From Myxococcota bacterium (GTDB lineage Bacteria > Myxococcota_A > UBA9160 > UBA4427), in NCBI GenBank assembly GCA_036336835.1, contig JAYZFK010000034.1, forward strand, positions 43,777 to 107,776: a stretch of 64,000 nt of DNA. The letters are read 5' to 3'. Below, piece by piece: positions 29,977 through 39,694 of this stretch. Every line of letters begins with the position of its first letter. Position 1 is the stretch's first letter. The position numbers and the translations under genes are program-made. The notes below the pieces were generated by a model that did no database searches, had not been told where the DNA came from, and worked only from the letters and a program-made list of their open reading frames with translations.

Positions 29977-31423
29977 CCGCCTTCTCCTCGTGGTAGTCGA
30001 GCTCAGCGTTCACCAGGCCGACGTCGTGTGCATCGCCCAGCAGGTTCTGCGCCACCAGCAGCCCGGTCTCGATCGAGTGATCGGCATTGTTGTAGCGAAA
30101 GGTACCGCCGCGCCCGGCGATCGAGATATTGGGCTCGTACCGGCTCAGGTACGTCTTGAGCCGCCCGACCCGCTCGGCGTAGTCGAGCGAGTAAACGGGA
30201 TAGGCCTGGTGTGCGCGCAGCGCGAATCCCCCGAGCACCTCGTCGCGATCGATGAAGCCGAGGTCGTCGGCCAGGTGCCCGATCGTGCGCCCGACGATCT
30301 CGTCGTCCGACAGCGACCAGGTCGCATCGCCGCGGGTACAGAACCACTCGGCACAGATCGAGGTCCTGCCAGCCGGACACATGGCCTCGCTCCAGTTGCG
30401 GGGCTCGTGGATGCGAGCGAAGCCGACATTTTCATCGTGGACGTAGAGCCAGGTGTCGGTCGTCACGCACGGCTTGCGCAGCATGATGTTCGCAGTGATC
30501 ACGCTGCGGAACTCGAGTCCCCTCGCCGCCTCGATCACATCGTGCGGAGCGCCGGGTTCGACGATCTCCACCAGCCTTCCGAGTGGAATCGTGGAGACGG
30601 CGTGGCGCCCGGAGACCTCGCGCTCGACGTTGGCCTCGCGATCGAGGTAGCGAACGGTCACGTCGTCCGAGCGAAGTGAGAGCGCGGTCACGTCCGAGTT
30701 CAGCAGCACTTGCCCGCCAGCCGCTTCGACGTCCTCCCTCATGCGCTCCGAGATGCGTTGATACCCCAGGCGCGGATACAGGAACGAGTCGACGAGAGAC
30801 TCGACCTTCGGACCTGTCCGCCTGACTTCTTGCGGCACGAGCGCGTTCTTGAGCGTCTCGTAGATCGACAGCCCCCGGGTCCGCTGCGTCACCCAGTCCG
30901 CTGACAGGAGCGAGCAGTCGCGGCCCCACACCTTCTCGGTATAGCGGCGAAAGAACATCTCGTAGAGCTTCGGTCCGAACTGCGCGATGTAGGCCTGCTC
31001 GATGTTCTCGGCCGACTCCCGTCGGAAACGTCGCCTCACCTGCTCCAGGCCGTAGCTCGCGACCGCGTGCGAGCTCGCGGTGATGCCCGCGGTGCGCAAC
31101 ACGTTCATGATCGACACGGGGTAGTCGAAGTAGCGGCCCTCGAAGTAGATGCGGCTGGTGCGCTGGACCTCTACCAGCTCGCCGCGCATGAGATCGCGAA
31201 ACCACCGATCGAGCCAATCCTTCTTGGTGAACCAGCGGTGACCACCCAGGTCGAAGCGGAAGCCCTCGTGCTCCCAGGTCAGCGACAGCCCGCCCACCCA
31301 GGGCGCGCGTTCGAGCACACGGACTGCGACGCCGCGGGTTGCGAGCTCGTGCGCGGCGGCGAGACCGGCCGGACCACCCCCCAGTACCACGACCGAGTCG
31401 CGTCCCGGTCGAACGCGGCTCAC
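29957..31423 (-). CDS. FAD-dependent oxidoreductase (PPO/UGM-like), paralogue of 27033..28436
   Basis: VVLGGGPAGL, VGGLS, FDLGGHRWFTK, YTEKVWG, FLYPRLG, RIHEPRNWS, AYPVY and GRGGTFRYNNADHS. Confidence 0.85.
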   Translation of the reverse strand: MSRVRPGRDSVVVLGGGPAGLAAAHELATRGVAVRVLERAPWVGGLSLTWEHEGFRFDLGGHRWFTKKDWLDRWFRDLMRGELVEVQRTSRIYFEGRYFDYPVSIMNVLRTAGITASSHAVASYGLEQVRRRFRRESAENIEQAYIAQFGPKLYEMFFRRYTEKVWGRDCSLLSADWVTQRTRGLSIYETLKNALVPQEVRRTGPKVESLVDSFLYPRLGYQRISERMREDVEAAGGQVLLNSDVTALSLRSDDVTVRYLDREANVEREVSGRHAVSTIPLGRLVEIVEPGAPHDVIEAARGLEFRSVITANIMLRKPCVTTDTWLYVHDENVGFARIHEPRNWSEAMCPAGRTSICAEWFCTRGDATWSLSDDEIVGRTIGHLADDLGFIDRDEVLGGFALRAHQAYPVYSLDYAERVGRLKTYLSRYEPNISIAGRGGTFRYNNADHSIETGLLVAQNLLGDAHDVGLVNAELDYHEEKAVDRDGA

Positions 31424-32436
31424 GCCGAGCTCTTCGAGCGGCGCGCGGTGCGCAGCCGATGACGCAGCCAGCAGGCGGCGAACGTGAAGCCGCTGTAGCT
31501 GAGATGCACCTGGTGGAAGGCCCAGGCGCGCGCCGCGAAGCCGGGACCCCGCAAGCGCGCGAGCTGCGCGACGAAGTCACGCTGTAGACCGAGTGACGCC
31601 CCGAGCACGAGCAGTGCCGCGAGCGTCATCGCGCCGCGGGCGGTGAGCAGGGCCACGACCAGCGCAGGAATCGACAGAAGCGCGACCGGCGCAAGCCCCG
31701 CCGCGATGCGCTGCGAGGTGCCCAGGCCCAGGTCGTTCGGCACCTCGCCCTGCTCGAGCATGAGCTCGCTCCAGGGAACCCCGCGCTCGACGATGTCGGT
31801 GTAGACGGCGCCGCGCAGCGTCCAGCGCTTGAGGTGCTGGACCTGGAGCTCGGGGTCCAGACGAGCGCGCCCGACGCGGCGAAGCCGATAGCCGAGCTCG
31901 ATGTCCTCGATCTGCGGGCGCGGGAAGCGCTGGGCATCGAAGCCACCGACGGCGAGAAAGGCGTCACGCCGCACCGCGCCGCAGCCGGCCCAGAAGGTCG
32001 CGTCCTCGCGCTGGGCGCGATGGTGGGTGTAGTGGTGTCGCAGGTTCATGTACTGCGAGAAGAAGCCGGGATCGCGCGGCGAATCGTCGTACGAGCCAGA
32101 CAGGCAGACGAGCTCCGGAGCGGCGGCGAAGGCCGCACGCACGCGCTCGACCACATCCGCGCGCGGCACGCAATCGGCATCCAGGAAGAGGACGACGTTC
32201 TCTTCGACGTGAGCGACGCCGATGTTGCGCGCCCGCGCCGGGCCAGCCGGATGCGGCAGCCTCACCACGCGGGCACCGAGCTGCTCGGCAGTCTGTGCGG
32301 TGCCATCGCTCGAGCCCGGATCGACCACCAGCACGGTTGCGCCACCGGCTGCGCGCAGCACCGCCGGCAACACCTCGGGGAGGAGGAGCGCCGCGTTGAA
32401 CGCGGGCATCACGATCGCAACGCTGCACTCGCCCAC
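31420..32436 (-). CDS. Glycosyltransferase family 2 with C-terminal TM helices
   Basis: IVMPAFN, VDPGSSDGT, GPARARN, FLDADC, GGFD and IEDIELGYRL. Confidence 0.9.
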   Translation of the reverse strand: MGECSVAIVMPAFNAALLLPEVLPAVLRAAGGATVLVVDPGSSDGTAQTAEQLGARVVRLPHPAGPARARNIGVAHVEENVVLFLDADCVPRADVVERVRAAFAAAPELVCLSGSYDDSPRDPGFFSQYMNLRHHYTHHRAQREDATFWAGCGAVRRDAFLAVGGFDAQRFPRPQIEDIELGYRLRRVGRARLDPELQVQHLKRWTLRGAVYTDIVERGVPWSELMLEQGEVPNDLGLGTSQRIAAGLAPVALLSIPALVVALLTARGAMTLAALLVLGASLGLQRDFVAQLARLRGPGFAARAWAFHQVHLSYSGFTFAACWLRHRLRTARRSKSSA

Positions 32437-32687
32437 TCGTTCTGCTCCCGTGCGTCCAACCGAGCCGTTTCCATGGTAGGACGCGCGATCAACCTGCGGG
32501 CCTCGCCCCGCTCACTCGACTCGGCCCGGGACGCTTCCAGGTACTCCGATCCGTGAGTTCACTCCGGGCCGGCCCGAAGTCCCCGTGGGGAGGCAGTGCC
32601 GCGGGGCGGACGGGCGGCGGGGGACTCCCTACCCTGCGACGCCGGCTCCTCGCACGGCGCGGGCCGAGCGCGACGGGAGCAATGCCG

Positions 32688-34457
32688 ATGAGCCTGCGCG
32701 AGCCGCGCAGCGTGACGATCACCGTATTGCCAGGCGTGCTCGGCGCGGCCGCGCTGCTCGGTCTGCTCGACGTCGGGATCCACGGCCGCGGGCTCGACGC
32801 CTCGACCTCGGCACCCAGCGTGGTGCTGGGGATCGCATTGGCCGGCCTGCCCGCACTCGTCCTGGCCGCGGTCCTCGCCCTCGCGCCGCGCGGCCTGAGC
32901 GCAGCCTTGCAGCACCGCCGGGCGCGGCTCGCAGCAGGCCTCGGCGCCGGCTGCATGGTGCTCGCGCCCCTGGCGGCCGCGGCGCTCGGCGCGGCACGGT
33001 ACGAGACACCGGCTCTGCCTGCGCGCGCGCCTGGAGGCTCTCCTGCACAGGGGATCCCCGCCCGGGACCCGCCCCACGTCGTGTTGATCGTCCTGGACAC
33101 GCTGCGCGCGGATCATCTGGGAGCGTACGGGGGCCCCCGAGATGCATCTCCGTCGTTCGACGCCCTGGCCGCGCAGGCGACGCTGTTCGAGCGCTGCTTC
33201 GCCCAGGCCGCGTGGACGGTGCCGTCGCACGCCTCGCTGTTCACGGGCCTCTACCCGGTGAGTCACGGCGCGTCGTTCGAGCACGCGCGCCGACTCGACG
33301 ACCGCTTCCAGACGCTCGCCGAGTGGCTGCACGAGAGCGGTTACCGGACGGCGGCGTTCGTCGCCAACCCGCACCTCGCCGTCGCGAATCTCCATCAGGG
33401 CTTCGAGCTCTACCGCGAGCTGGCGGCGCCGTTCTCGACGCTGCTGCTGCGCAGGCCGCTCAGCGTGCTCGGCGGTCCCGCACGCTGGACCGACGAGGGC
33501 GCAGCACAGGCCGTCCGCGAGCTCGGAACCTTCCTCACGGACTACGGCGAGCAAGGCGACGCTGCGCCGTTGTTCTTGTTCGTGAACCTGCTCGAGCCGC
33601 ACTGGCGGCACCTGCCGCCCTACGCCGAACGCCGCGAGGCACTGGCCGCAACTGGCGGCTACCTCGCGGGAACCCTGGCCTCGACGCGCTTCTACGGACC
33701 GCTGGCGATGGCGCGAGGCGGCCTCGACGAGCCCGCCGAGCTGGCCGCCCTGCGAGCACTCTACGGCGCGGAGGTGCGCTATCAGGACCGCTTGCTGGGC
33801 CAGCTCGTAGAGCTGCTCGAAACCCATCTCGGCCTGGACGGAACGCTCCTACTCGTGACGGCCGACCACGGCGAGAACCTCGGCGAGGGGGGGCGCTTCG
33901 ATCACGTGTTCGCACTGAACGACCATCTGATCCGCGTCCCGATGCTGATCCGCTATCCCCCGCGCTTCGACGCCGGAGCTCGCCGGCGCGAGCTGTGCCA
34001 GCTGGTGGACGTACCCGCCACGCTCCGCGATGTCCTCGGCCACGCGGTGTCGGCCCGCGATGCCGGCAGGAGCCTCGCTGCCGGAGCGCCGGCCGCGAGC
34101 CGCTTTGCCTATGCAGAGGGCGACCCGTATCTCGAGCATCTCGACCGCATGTCGCGCGCCGCGGGCCCGAAGCGCGACCTGTCGGATCTCGCGGCGCCGC
34201 TGCGCAGCGTGCGCGATGCGCGCTACAAGCTGGTCTGGTCGGCACGGCGCGGCAGCGTGCTGTTCGACCTGTCCGAGGACGCGGACGAGCTGCACGATGT
34301 CGCCGCCGAGCATCCCGAGCGGCGCGACGCGCTCGAGCGCGAGCTGCGACGCTGGTACGAGAGCCAGCCTCACTACGAGCCGGACGCGCGCGCGCCCGCA
34401 ACCGCGCTGGACGACGCGGTGCGCGCGCGGCTCGAAGCACTCGGGTACGCGCCTTGA
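32688..34457 (+). CDS. Membrane-anchored sulfatase-like hydrolase/transferase (alkaline phosphatase superfamily) with a non-canonical TxPSH motif
   Basis: Three N-terminal hydrophobic helices. VLDTLRADH, AWTVPSHASLFTG, FVNLLEPH, TADHGE and LFDLSEDADEL. Start ATG 32688 follows GGGAG. Confidence 0.83.
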   Translation: MSLREPRSVTITVLPGVLGAAALLGLLDVGIHGRGLDASTSAPSVVLGIALAGLPALVLAAVLALAPRGLSAALQHRRARLAAGLGAGCMVLAPLAAAALGAARYETPALPARAPGGSPAQGIPARDPPHVVLIVLDTLRADHLGAYGGPRDASPSFDALAAQATLFERCFAQAAWTVPSHASLFTGLYPVSHGASFEHARRLDDRFQTLAEWLHESGYRTAAFVANPHLAVANLHQGFELYRELAAPFSTLLLRRPLSVLGGPARWTDEGAAQAVRELGTFLTDYGEQGDAAPLFLFVNLLEPHWRHLPPYAERREALAATGGYLAGTLASTRFYGPLAMARGGLDEPAELAALRALYGAEVRYQDRLLGQLVELLETHLGLDGTLLLVTADHGENLGEGGRFDHVFALNDHLIRVPMLIRYPPRFDAGARRRELCQLVDVPATLRDVLGHAVSARDAGRSLAAGAPAASRFAYAEGDPYLEHLDRMSRAAGPKRDLSDLAAPLRSVRDARYKLVWSARRGSVLFDLSEDADELHDVAAEHPERRDALERELRRWYESQPHYEPDARAPATALDDAVRARLEALGYAP

Positions 34458-35413
34458 CCACCACCGCGCCCTCCCCGCCCGAGCTGTCCGTGGTGGTTGC
34501 GGTGACGAGTGGCGGGCTCCACGTGGACCAGTGCCTCGAGGCGCTCGCCGCCCAACGCGACGCGCCTTCGCTCGAAATCATCGTGCCCATCGATGCCTGG
34601 CTCCCCGAGGTCGACGCGGCGCGCTGGCACGAGCGCTTCCCAGAGGTCCGGCTCTCCCCGATGGCGACAGCGGGCGGCTCTGCGCGCGGCGACGCCGGGC
34701 CGTGCCACCTGCGCACCGACCTGCGGCGCGCAGCCGGACTCGCGGCAGCGAGCGCGCCGATCGTCGCACTCACCGAGGACCACGCGCGTCCGGCGCCGGA
34801 CTGGTGCCGCAACATCGTCCGCGCGCACGCCGCTCTGCCGCATGCCGCGATCGGCGGCGCGATCGACAACGCGAGCCCCGAGCTGCTCGCGCGGGCAGTT
34901 CATCTGTGCGACTTCGGTCGCTATCAGCGCCCGCTGCCCAGCGGCCCCGCGGACTTCGTGAGCGACGTCAACGTCTCGTACAAGCGCAGCGCGCTCGAGG
35001 CGGTGAGCGCTCATTGGCGCGATGGCTACCACGAGCCGGCGGTCCACCAGGCACTCTGCGCACGGGGAGGCGTGCTCTGGCTCGATCCATCGATCGTCGT
35101 CGAGCAACAGCGCGGTCCGCTCGAGCTACTGCCCTGCCTACACGAACGCTATGCGTGGGCCCGGCTGTACGCGGGCAAGCGCTGCGACGAGCTGAGCCGG
35201 GGCCAGCGAGCGGCCCGGGCACTGCTCGCCCCGCTCCTACCGGCGGTGCTCTTCGCGCGCCAGCTGCGCGGCGCGTGGACCCGGCGACGCGGAGAGAACG
35301 CGTGCGCCCTTCCCCTGGTCGCCATCCTGCTGTGCGCCTGGAGCATCGGCGAAGCCGTCGGCTACTGGACCGGCCGACCGGCGGCGCGGGACACGCAGGG
35401 GACCGCTGCATGA
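34454..35413 (+). CDS. GT2-like glycosyltransferase
   Basis: ELSVVVAV, RRAAGLAAASAPIVALTEDH (EDH in the DxD position) and NVSYKR, with C-terminal TM helices. TTGA overlap with the upstream gene. Confidence 0.75.
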   Translation: MTTTAPSPPELSVVVAVTSGGLHVDQCLEALAAQRDAPSLEIIVPIDAWLPEVDAARWHERFPEVRLSPMATAGGSARGDAGPCHLRTDLRRAAGLAAASAPIVALTEDHARPAPDWCRNIVRAHAALPHAAIGGAIDNASPELLARAVHLCDFGRYQRPLPSGPADFVSDVNVSYKRSALEAVSAHWRDGYHEPAVHQALCARGGVLWLDPSIVVEQQRGPLELLPCLHERYAWARLYAGKRCDELSRGQRAARALLAPLLPAVLFARQLRGAWTRRRGENACALPLVAILLCAWSIGEAVGYWTGRPAARDTQGTAA

Positions 35414-37254
35414 GGCCGCGCCGCTACGGACTCGCACTTCCGCTGGTCGGCGCGCTGCTCGGCCTCGCCTGCACGGAGACGGAGACTCCCACAAGCCCGC
35501 CGTCCCGGGGCGAGCCACCGAACATCGTGCTGATCCTGCTCGATGACGCCGATGTCCGGGACTTCGCGTTCTATGAGCCGGAGGGTCCGATCGCGCTCCC
35601 CACGATCGAGGCACTCGCGCGCGACGGCGTCGTCTTCGACCAGTTCTACGCCAGCTCGCCGGTCTGCTCACCCACCCGCGCGGCGATCCTCACCGGCCAG
35701 TACCCGGCTCGCTACGGACTCAACGAAATCGTCGCGAGGGAATCGAGCCGCGGCCTGCCGAGCCGAGCACCGATGCTCGCGGCCTACCTGCGCGAGCGCG
35801 GTTACGCGACCGCCCACGTCGGCAAGTGGCACCTCGGCAGCCGGGCAGCCGCTCTGCTGCCGAGTGCCAAGGGCTTCGCACACACCGTGACGACCGGCCC
35901 CTGGCGCGGCTACCAGCACACGACCGTCCTGGTGGACGGTGTCGAGCTGCCCGCGGACCCCGACCGCCACCTCAGCGCGCGCCTCACCGACCACGCGCTG
36001 CGCTTCGTACGCGAGCACCGCGATGAACGCTTCTTCCTGAACCTCTGGTACTTCGCGCCACACATCCCGCTGCAGCCACCGGCCGAGTGGGCCGCGAAGC
36101 ATCCGGCCGATCGAGTCGGACGCTACGCAGCGCTGATGGGTCACCTCGATCACCAGATCGGCCGCATCGTGTCCGAGCTCGACGCACTCGGGCTGCGCGA
36201 TCGGACGGCGATCCTGCTCCTGAGCGACAACGGCGGCACCGGCCCGATCCATAACCGCCACTCGCTGCCCCTGCGCGGTGCCAAGAAAGCCGTCTTCGAG
36301 GGAGGGATCCGCAGCCCGTTGGTGTTGCTCTGGCCAGGGCGCACGGAGGCGGGTCGCCGCAACGCGAGCGTCACGACGACCATGGATCTGTTCCCGACGG
36401 TCGTCGAACTGCTAGGCGACGATCCCCATGGCCTCGACCTCGATGGCGACAGCTTTGCCGCCGCGCTCGCAGGGCGACACCTCGAGCGGCGCGGTCCTCT
36501 CTTCTGGCAGTCGAGGGCCAGCAGCGTGGACCTCGTTCGAGCCCGCTCCGCTCCGGGCTACCTCAGCTTGTTCGCTGTCCGGGATGGCGAGTGGAAGCTC
36601 GTGATGAACGGACAGACGCTCTCGCTGTTCGATCTGTCGACAGATCCGGCGGAGGCAACCGATCTCGCCGCCGAGCAGCCTGAGATCACCCGCCGTCTGC
36701 TCGACGAATACGACGCCTGGCGGCTGCGAACCAGCAAGCTTCCGATGATCGCCGCATCCCAGAGCGGTGCGACGCGCACGAGCCGGGACGTCTACGAGTT
36801 TTCGGGACCGGGCCGCGTCGTCTTCGAAGCCGACCTGCTGCACGATGCGACCGATGGCGAACTGTCGTGCCGACTGCGCCTGCGAGCTGACAGCTCTGGC
36901 CGTGTGCAGAGGATCCTCGGCAAGGGCGAGGCCTGGAAGCTCGTTCTCGACGAGACCGACCACCTCGAACTCCGATTCACCGACCAGACCGGCGCGACCC
37001 ACGCGTGGCGCAGCACTCGAGCTCTCGCGATCGGAAAGTGGCACGATCTGGCCGTGTCGTTCTCGGCACTTCGCTCATCTCGTCTGTCTCGGGTGTTCGT
37101 CGAAGGAGCGGTGGCGATTCAGGCCCGACACGAGCACCCGATCGCAAGCTCGAACTCGCCGATCGCGCTCGGCGCGGACGACGCGCAGTCCTTTTCCGGG
37201 ACCATCGAGGGCATCGCTTGCTATGCGCTCGGGCTGACGCGCAACGATCTCTGA
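35410..37254 (+). CDS. Lipoprotein arylsulfatase with a C-terminal LamG/concanavalin A-like domain, 614 aa
   Basis: Lipobox LLGLAC. PNIVLILLDD, canonical CSPTR, VGKWHLG, SDNG and EGGIR. C-terminal GKWHDLAVSF...VFVEG...IALGAD...FSGTIEGI. Confidence 0.88.
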   Translation: MRPRRYGLALPLVGALLGLACTETETPTSPPSRGEPPNIVLILLDDADVRDFAFYEPEGPIALPTIEALARDGVVFDQFYASSPVCSPTRAAILTGQYPARYGLNEIVARESSRGLPSRAPMLAAYLRERGYATAHVGKWHLGSRAAALLPSAKGFAHTVTTGPWRGYQHTTVLVDGVELPADPDRHLSARLTDHALRFVREHRDERFFLNLWYFAPHIPLQPPAEWAAKHPADRVGRYAALMGHLDHQIGRIVSELDALGLRDRTAILLLSDNGGTGPIHNRHSLPLRGAKKAVFEGGIRSPLVLLWPGRTEAGRRNASVTTTMDLFPTVVELLGDDPHGLDLDGDSFAAALAGRHLERRGPLFWQSRASSVDLVRARSAPGYLSLFAVRDGEWKLVMNGQTLSLFDLSTDPAEATDLAAEQPEITRRLLDEYDAWRLRTSKLPMIAASQSGATRTSRDVYEFSGPGRVVFEADLLHDATDGELSCRLRLRADSSGRVQRILGKGEAWKLVLDETDHLELRFTDQTGATHAWRSTRALAIGKWHDLAVSFSALRSSRLSRVFVEGAVAIQARHEHPIASSNSPIALGADDAQSFSGTIEGIACYALGLTRNDL

Positions 37255-38847
37255 TCAGTCCGCGCCGCGGCGCCACAGCAGGTCGTACTCGCCGAAGCGG
37301 GCGATGCGCTCGAAACGTTCGTCCAGATGGCGATCGAGCAGGAGCGCCCCGATGTCCGGCCGGACAAGGCGGCGCTCGGCCAGGATCGCGTCGAGCTTCG
37401 CGTCGGTCCAGCCGAAGTTCCAGACCACGATGGCGCGCACGCCCCGTCGCTCGAGCGACTCGACGATCTCCTGCTGCACGAGGCTGCGATCCACCACACC
37501 CGGATGCAGCTCGTGATAGCGGGTCGCCACCGGGCGATCGGCCAGGAAGTAGAAGGTCGGATCGCCGATGACGATCGCATCGTGACGGCCGAGGCCGACA
37601 TGGATCGGCTCCTCCGCGGGAACGCGCTCACGCAACAATCCCACGATCGGCACGATCACGGCCGCCTGGCGGGCGGGGAGCCGAATCCCGCTCGTCCCCG
37701 GGAGTCCGAGCTCGCGCGCTCCCGGCTGCTCGAGCGACATCCGCGCGAAGCGCAGCCCGGCAGCCGCCAGGAACGAGGCCACCAGCAGCGCCAAAAACGC
37801 CGCGAATGCCGCGCGAGGCGCTGCGGCCCGCTCGCGTCCCCAGAGCTCGACAACCAGGACACAGCACAGCACACCCATGCTGAACAGGTGCGTGTTCTGC
37901 TGCACGTGCGCTGCGGCCCAGAACAGCGGGAGACACGCAATGGCAAGCCAGCCCTGGGCGGAGACGCTGCGACGCACCAGAGCGTGGACGAGCCACAGAC
38001 ACATCAGCGCCTGCGGCGCGATCGCCTGTCCCCACTCGGCGAGCGCGCTCGCGACTCGATAGGCCTGGCGAAGATCACCCGGCTCGACCAGCACCGACGC
38101 CACCTGCTCGACGGGCGGGAGCCAGCCCGGGTAGGCCTCGCCGCGCACGGCTGCGAACTCGCGGAGCGGGAATACAACCAGATCACGCCAGGCGTCCGTG
38201 CCCGCGACGACGGCGAGCGCGACCAGCGCTGGCGCGACGAAGCACGCACTGCCCGCCGCCAGCCGCGCTACGGCCGCACCGCGCGCCGGCCTCCCCGCGA
38301 GCAGGATCGCGAGCCCACTTCCGAGCGCCGCGTAGGCGGCAACATCGTGCTTGAACAACGCAGCTGCCCCGAAAGCCAGCCCGGCACCGAGCAGCGGCCC
38401 TCCATCTGCGTCGCGCAGCGCTCGCAGCACCCGCTCCCAGCCGACGATCAGCAGCAGCCGGGGGATCGCATACGAATCCAGCGAGGGCGACGGCGTCCAG
38501 ACGGCGAGTGCAAACAGCACACAGGCAGCGATCGCCGGCCACTGTCGGAGACCGGCGGTTCGCATCAGCCCGAAGAAGGCGGAACAGGCCGCTGCGGCGA
38601 CCACGGCAGCAACCGCGTGCACCGCGATCAGCTCGCGCCCAAAGATCGCGAAGGTCGCGGCGACGGCGGCGCTGCTTCCGGGCGCATAGAGCGTCCAGAA
38701 GTCCCGGTAGGGCCACTCGCCGCGCAGCACGCGATCGCCCCCGACGACGGAGACGTCGACGTCGAGGCCCCAGCCCAGCCCGATCACCAGCAGCGGCAAT
38801 GAGCCTGCGAACACGCCGACCGCGCACGCGAGCTCGCGCCGCGTCAC
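37255..38847 (-). CDS. GT-C-like polytopic membrane protein (probable glycosyltransferase)
   Basis: RVLRGEWPYRDFWTLYAPG and AALFKHD, with about 11 TM segments and a soluble C-terminal domain. GTGA overlap with the PPTase gene. Confidence 0.65.
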   Translation of the reverse strand: MTRRELACAVGVFAGSLPLLVIGLGWGLDVDVSVVGGDRVLRGEWPYRDFWTLYAPGSSAAVAATFAIFGRELIAVHAVAAVVAAAACSAFFGLMRTAGLRQWPAIAACVLFALAVWTPSPSLDSYAIPRLLLIVGWERVLRALRDADGGPLLGAGLAFGAAALFKHDVAAYAALGSGLAILLAGRPARGAAVARLAAGSACFVAPALVALAVVAGTDAWRDLVVFPLREFAAVRGEAYPGWLPPVEQVASVLVEPGDLRQAYRVASALAEWGQAIAPQALMCLWLVHALVRRSVSAQGWLAIACLPLFWAAAHVQQNTHLFSMGVLCCVLVVELWGRERAAAPRAAFAAFLALLVASFLAAAGLRFARMSLEQPGARELGLPGTSGIRLPARQAAVIVPIVGLLRERVPAEEPIHVGLGRHDAIVIGDPTFYFLADRPVATRYHELHPGVVDRSLVQQEIVESLERRGVRAIVVWNFGWTDAKLDAILAERRLVRPDIGALLLDRHLDERFERIARFGEYDLLWRRGAD

Positions 38848-39623
38848 GACGCGCCGCGGGCCACGCCGAACACGCGCAGTCGCCGTATCCCGCCCGTCCA
38901 GCCCACCGCCGCAACGAAGCCGTCTGGCGGCTCCGGCAACGCGAAACACCAGTCGTCGATCGTCTCGGCACCCGGGGCATCCCAGGAGCTGGCAACGAGT
39001 CTCGCGCGCGCGCCATCACTCGCATCCACGCGGAAGCAGAAGCTTTCCGATGGCAGCTTTGCGATCGAGGTGCCGAGCGCCTTCAGATAGGCTTCCTTGC
39101 AGCACCACAGCCGAAAGAACGCACGCTCGAACGCGGATCCCTCGAGGCCTTCGAGCGAAGCCGCCTCCTCCGGCGCAAAGAACCGGCGCGCGAGTTGACG
39201 CAGATCTCGCTCTGGCTCCACGCGCTGGAGATCGACGCCGACCCGCGCTCCGCGGACGACCGCGATCAGGGCCATCGACCCCGAGTGGCTGAGATTGAAG
39301 TCCAGACCGCGGGCATCGGCCAGCGCGGGACGACCGTATCGGCCGTAGCGGAACTCGAGCTCGTCGGGAGCCCGATCCACATAATCAGACAACACGCACC
39401 GCAGCGCGATCCGTGACGCCGCAAAGATCGGCGGCAGCCCGGGCGACCGACGCGCCGCGCGCTCTCGCTCGTCGGGGGAGAGCGTCGCGAGCTCCTCGGA
39501 GGTCACCGGGCCGAGCGCTGCCAGCCACAGGTCGAGCGCTGCATCGTCGACGCTCCAAGCATCCACGCCGGGCGGCGGAGCGCGCAGCGACCCGCTCTCG
39601 AAGGGGAGATCCACGCCCGTCAT
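38844..39623 (-). CDS. 4'-phosphopantetheinyl transferase (Sfp/HetI type)
   Basis: LSPDERERA, GRYGRP, FNLSHSG, VGVDLQ and FFRLWCCKEAYLKALG. Confidence 0.9.
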   Translation of the reverse strand: MTGVDLPFESGSLRAPPPGVDAWSVDDAALDLWLAALGPVTSEELATLSPDERERAARRSPGLPPIFAASRIALRCVLSDYVDRAPDELEFRYGRYGRPALADARGLDFNLSHSGSMALIAVVRGARVGVDLQRVEPERDLRQLARRFFAPEEAASLEGLEGSAFERAFFRLWCCKEAYLKALGTSIAKLPSESFCFRVDASDGARARLVASSWDAPGAETIDDWCFALPEPPDGFVAAVGWTGGIRRLRVFGVARGAS

Positions 39624-39694
39624 CGAACCGCAGCTTGCGGTACGGAGCAAACCCGCGACCCGGAACAGGCCGTGAGTCCGGTATCCTGCCACCC

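Noticed and set aside
27033..31423. Annotating the two flavoproteins as hemY/hemG (heme synthesis)
   Set aside because: No heme genes nearby and both sit in glycosyltransferase operons. The fold is shared with sugar mutases.
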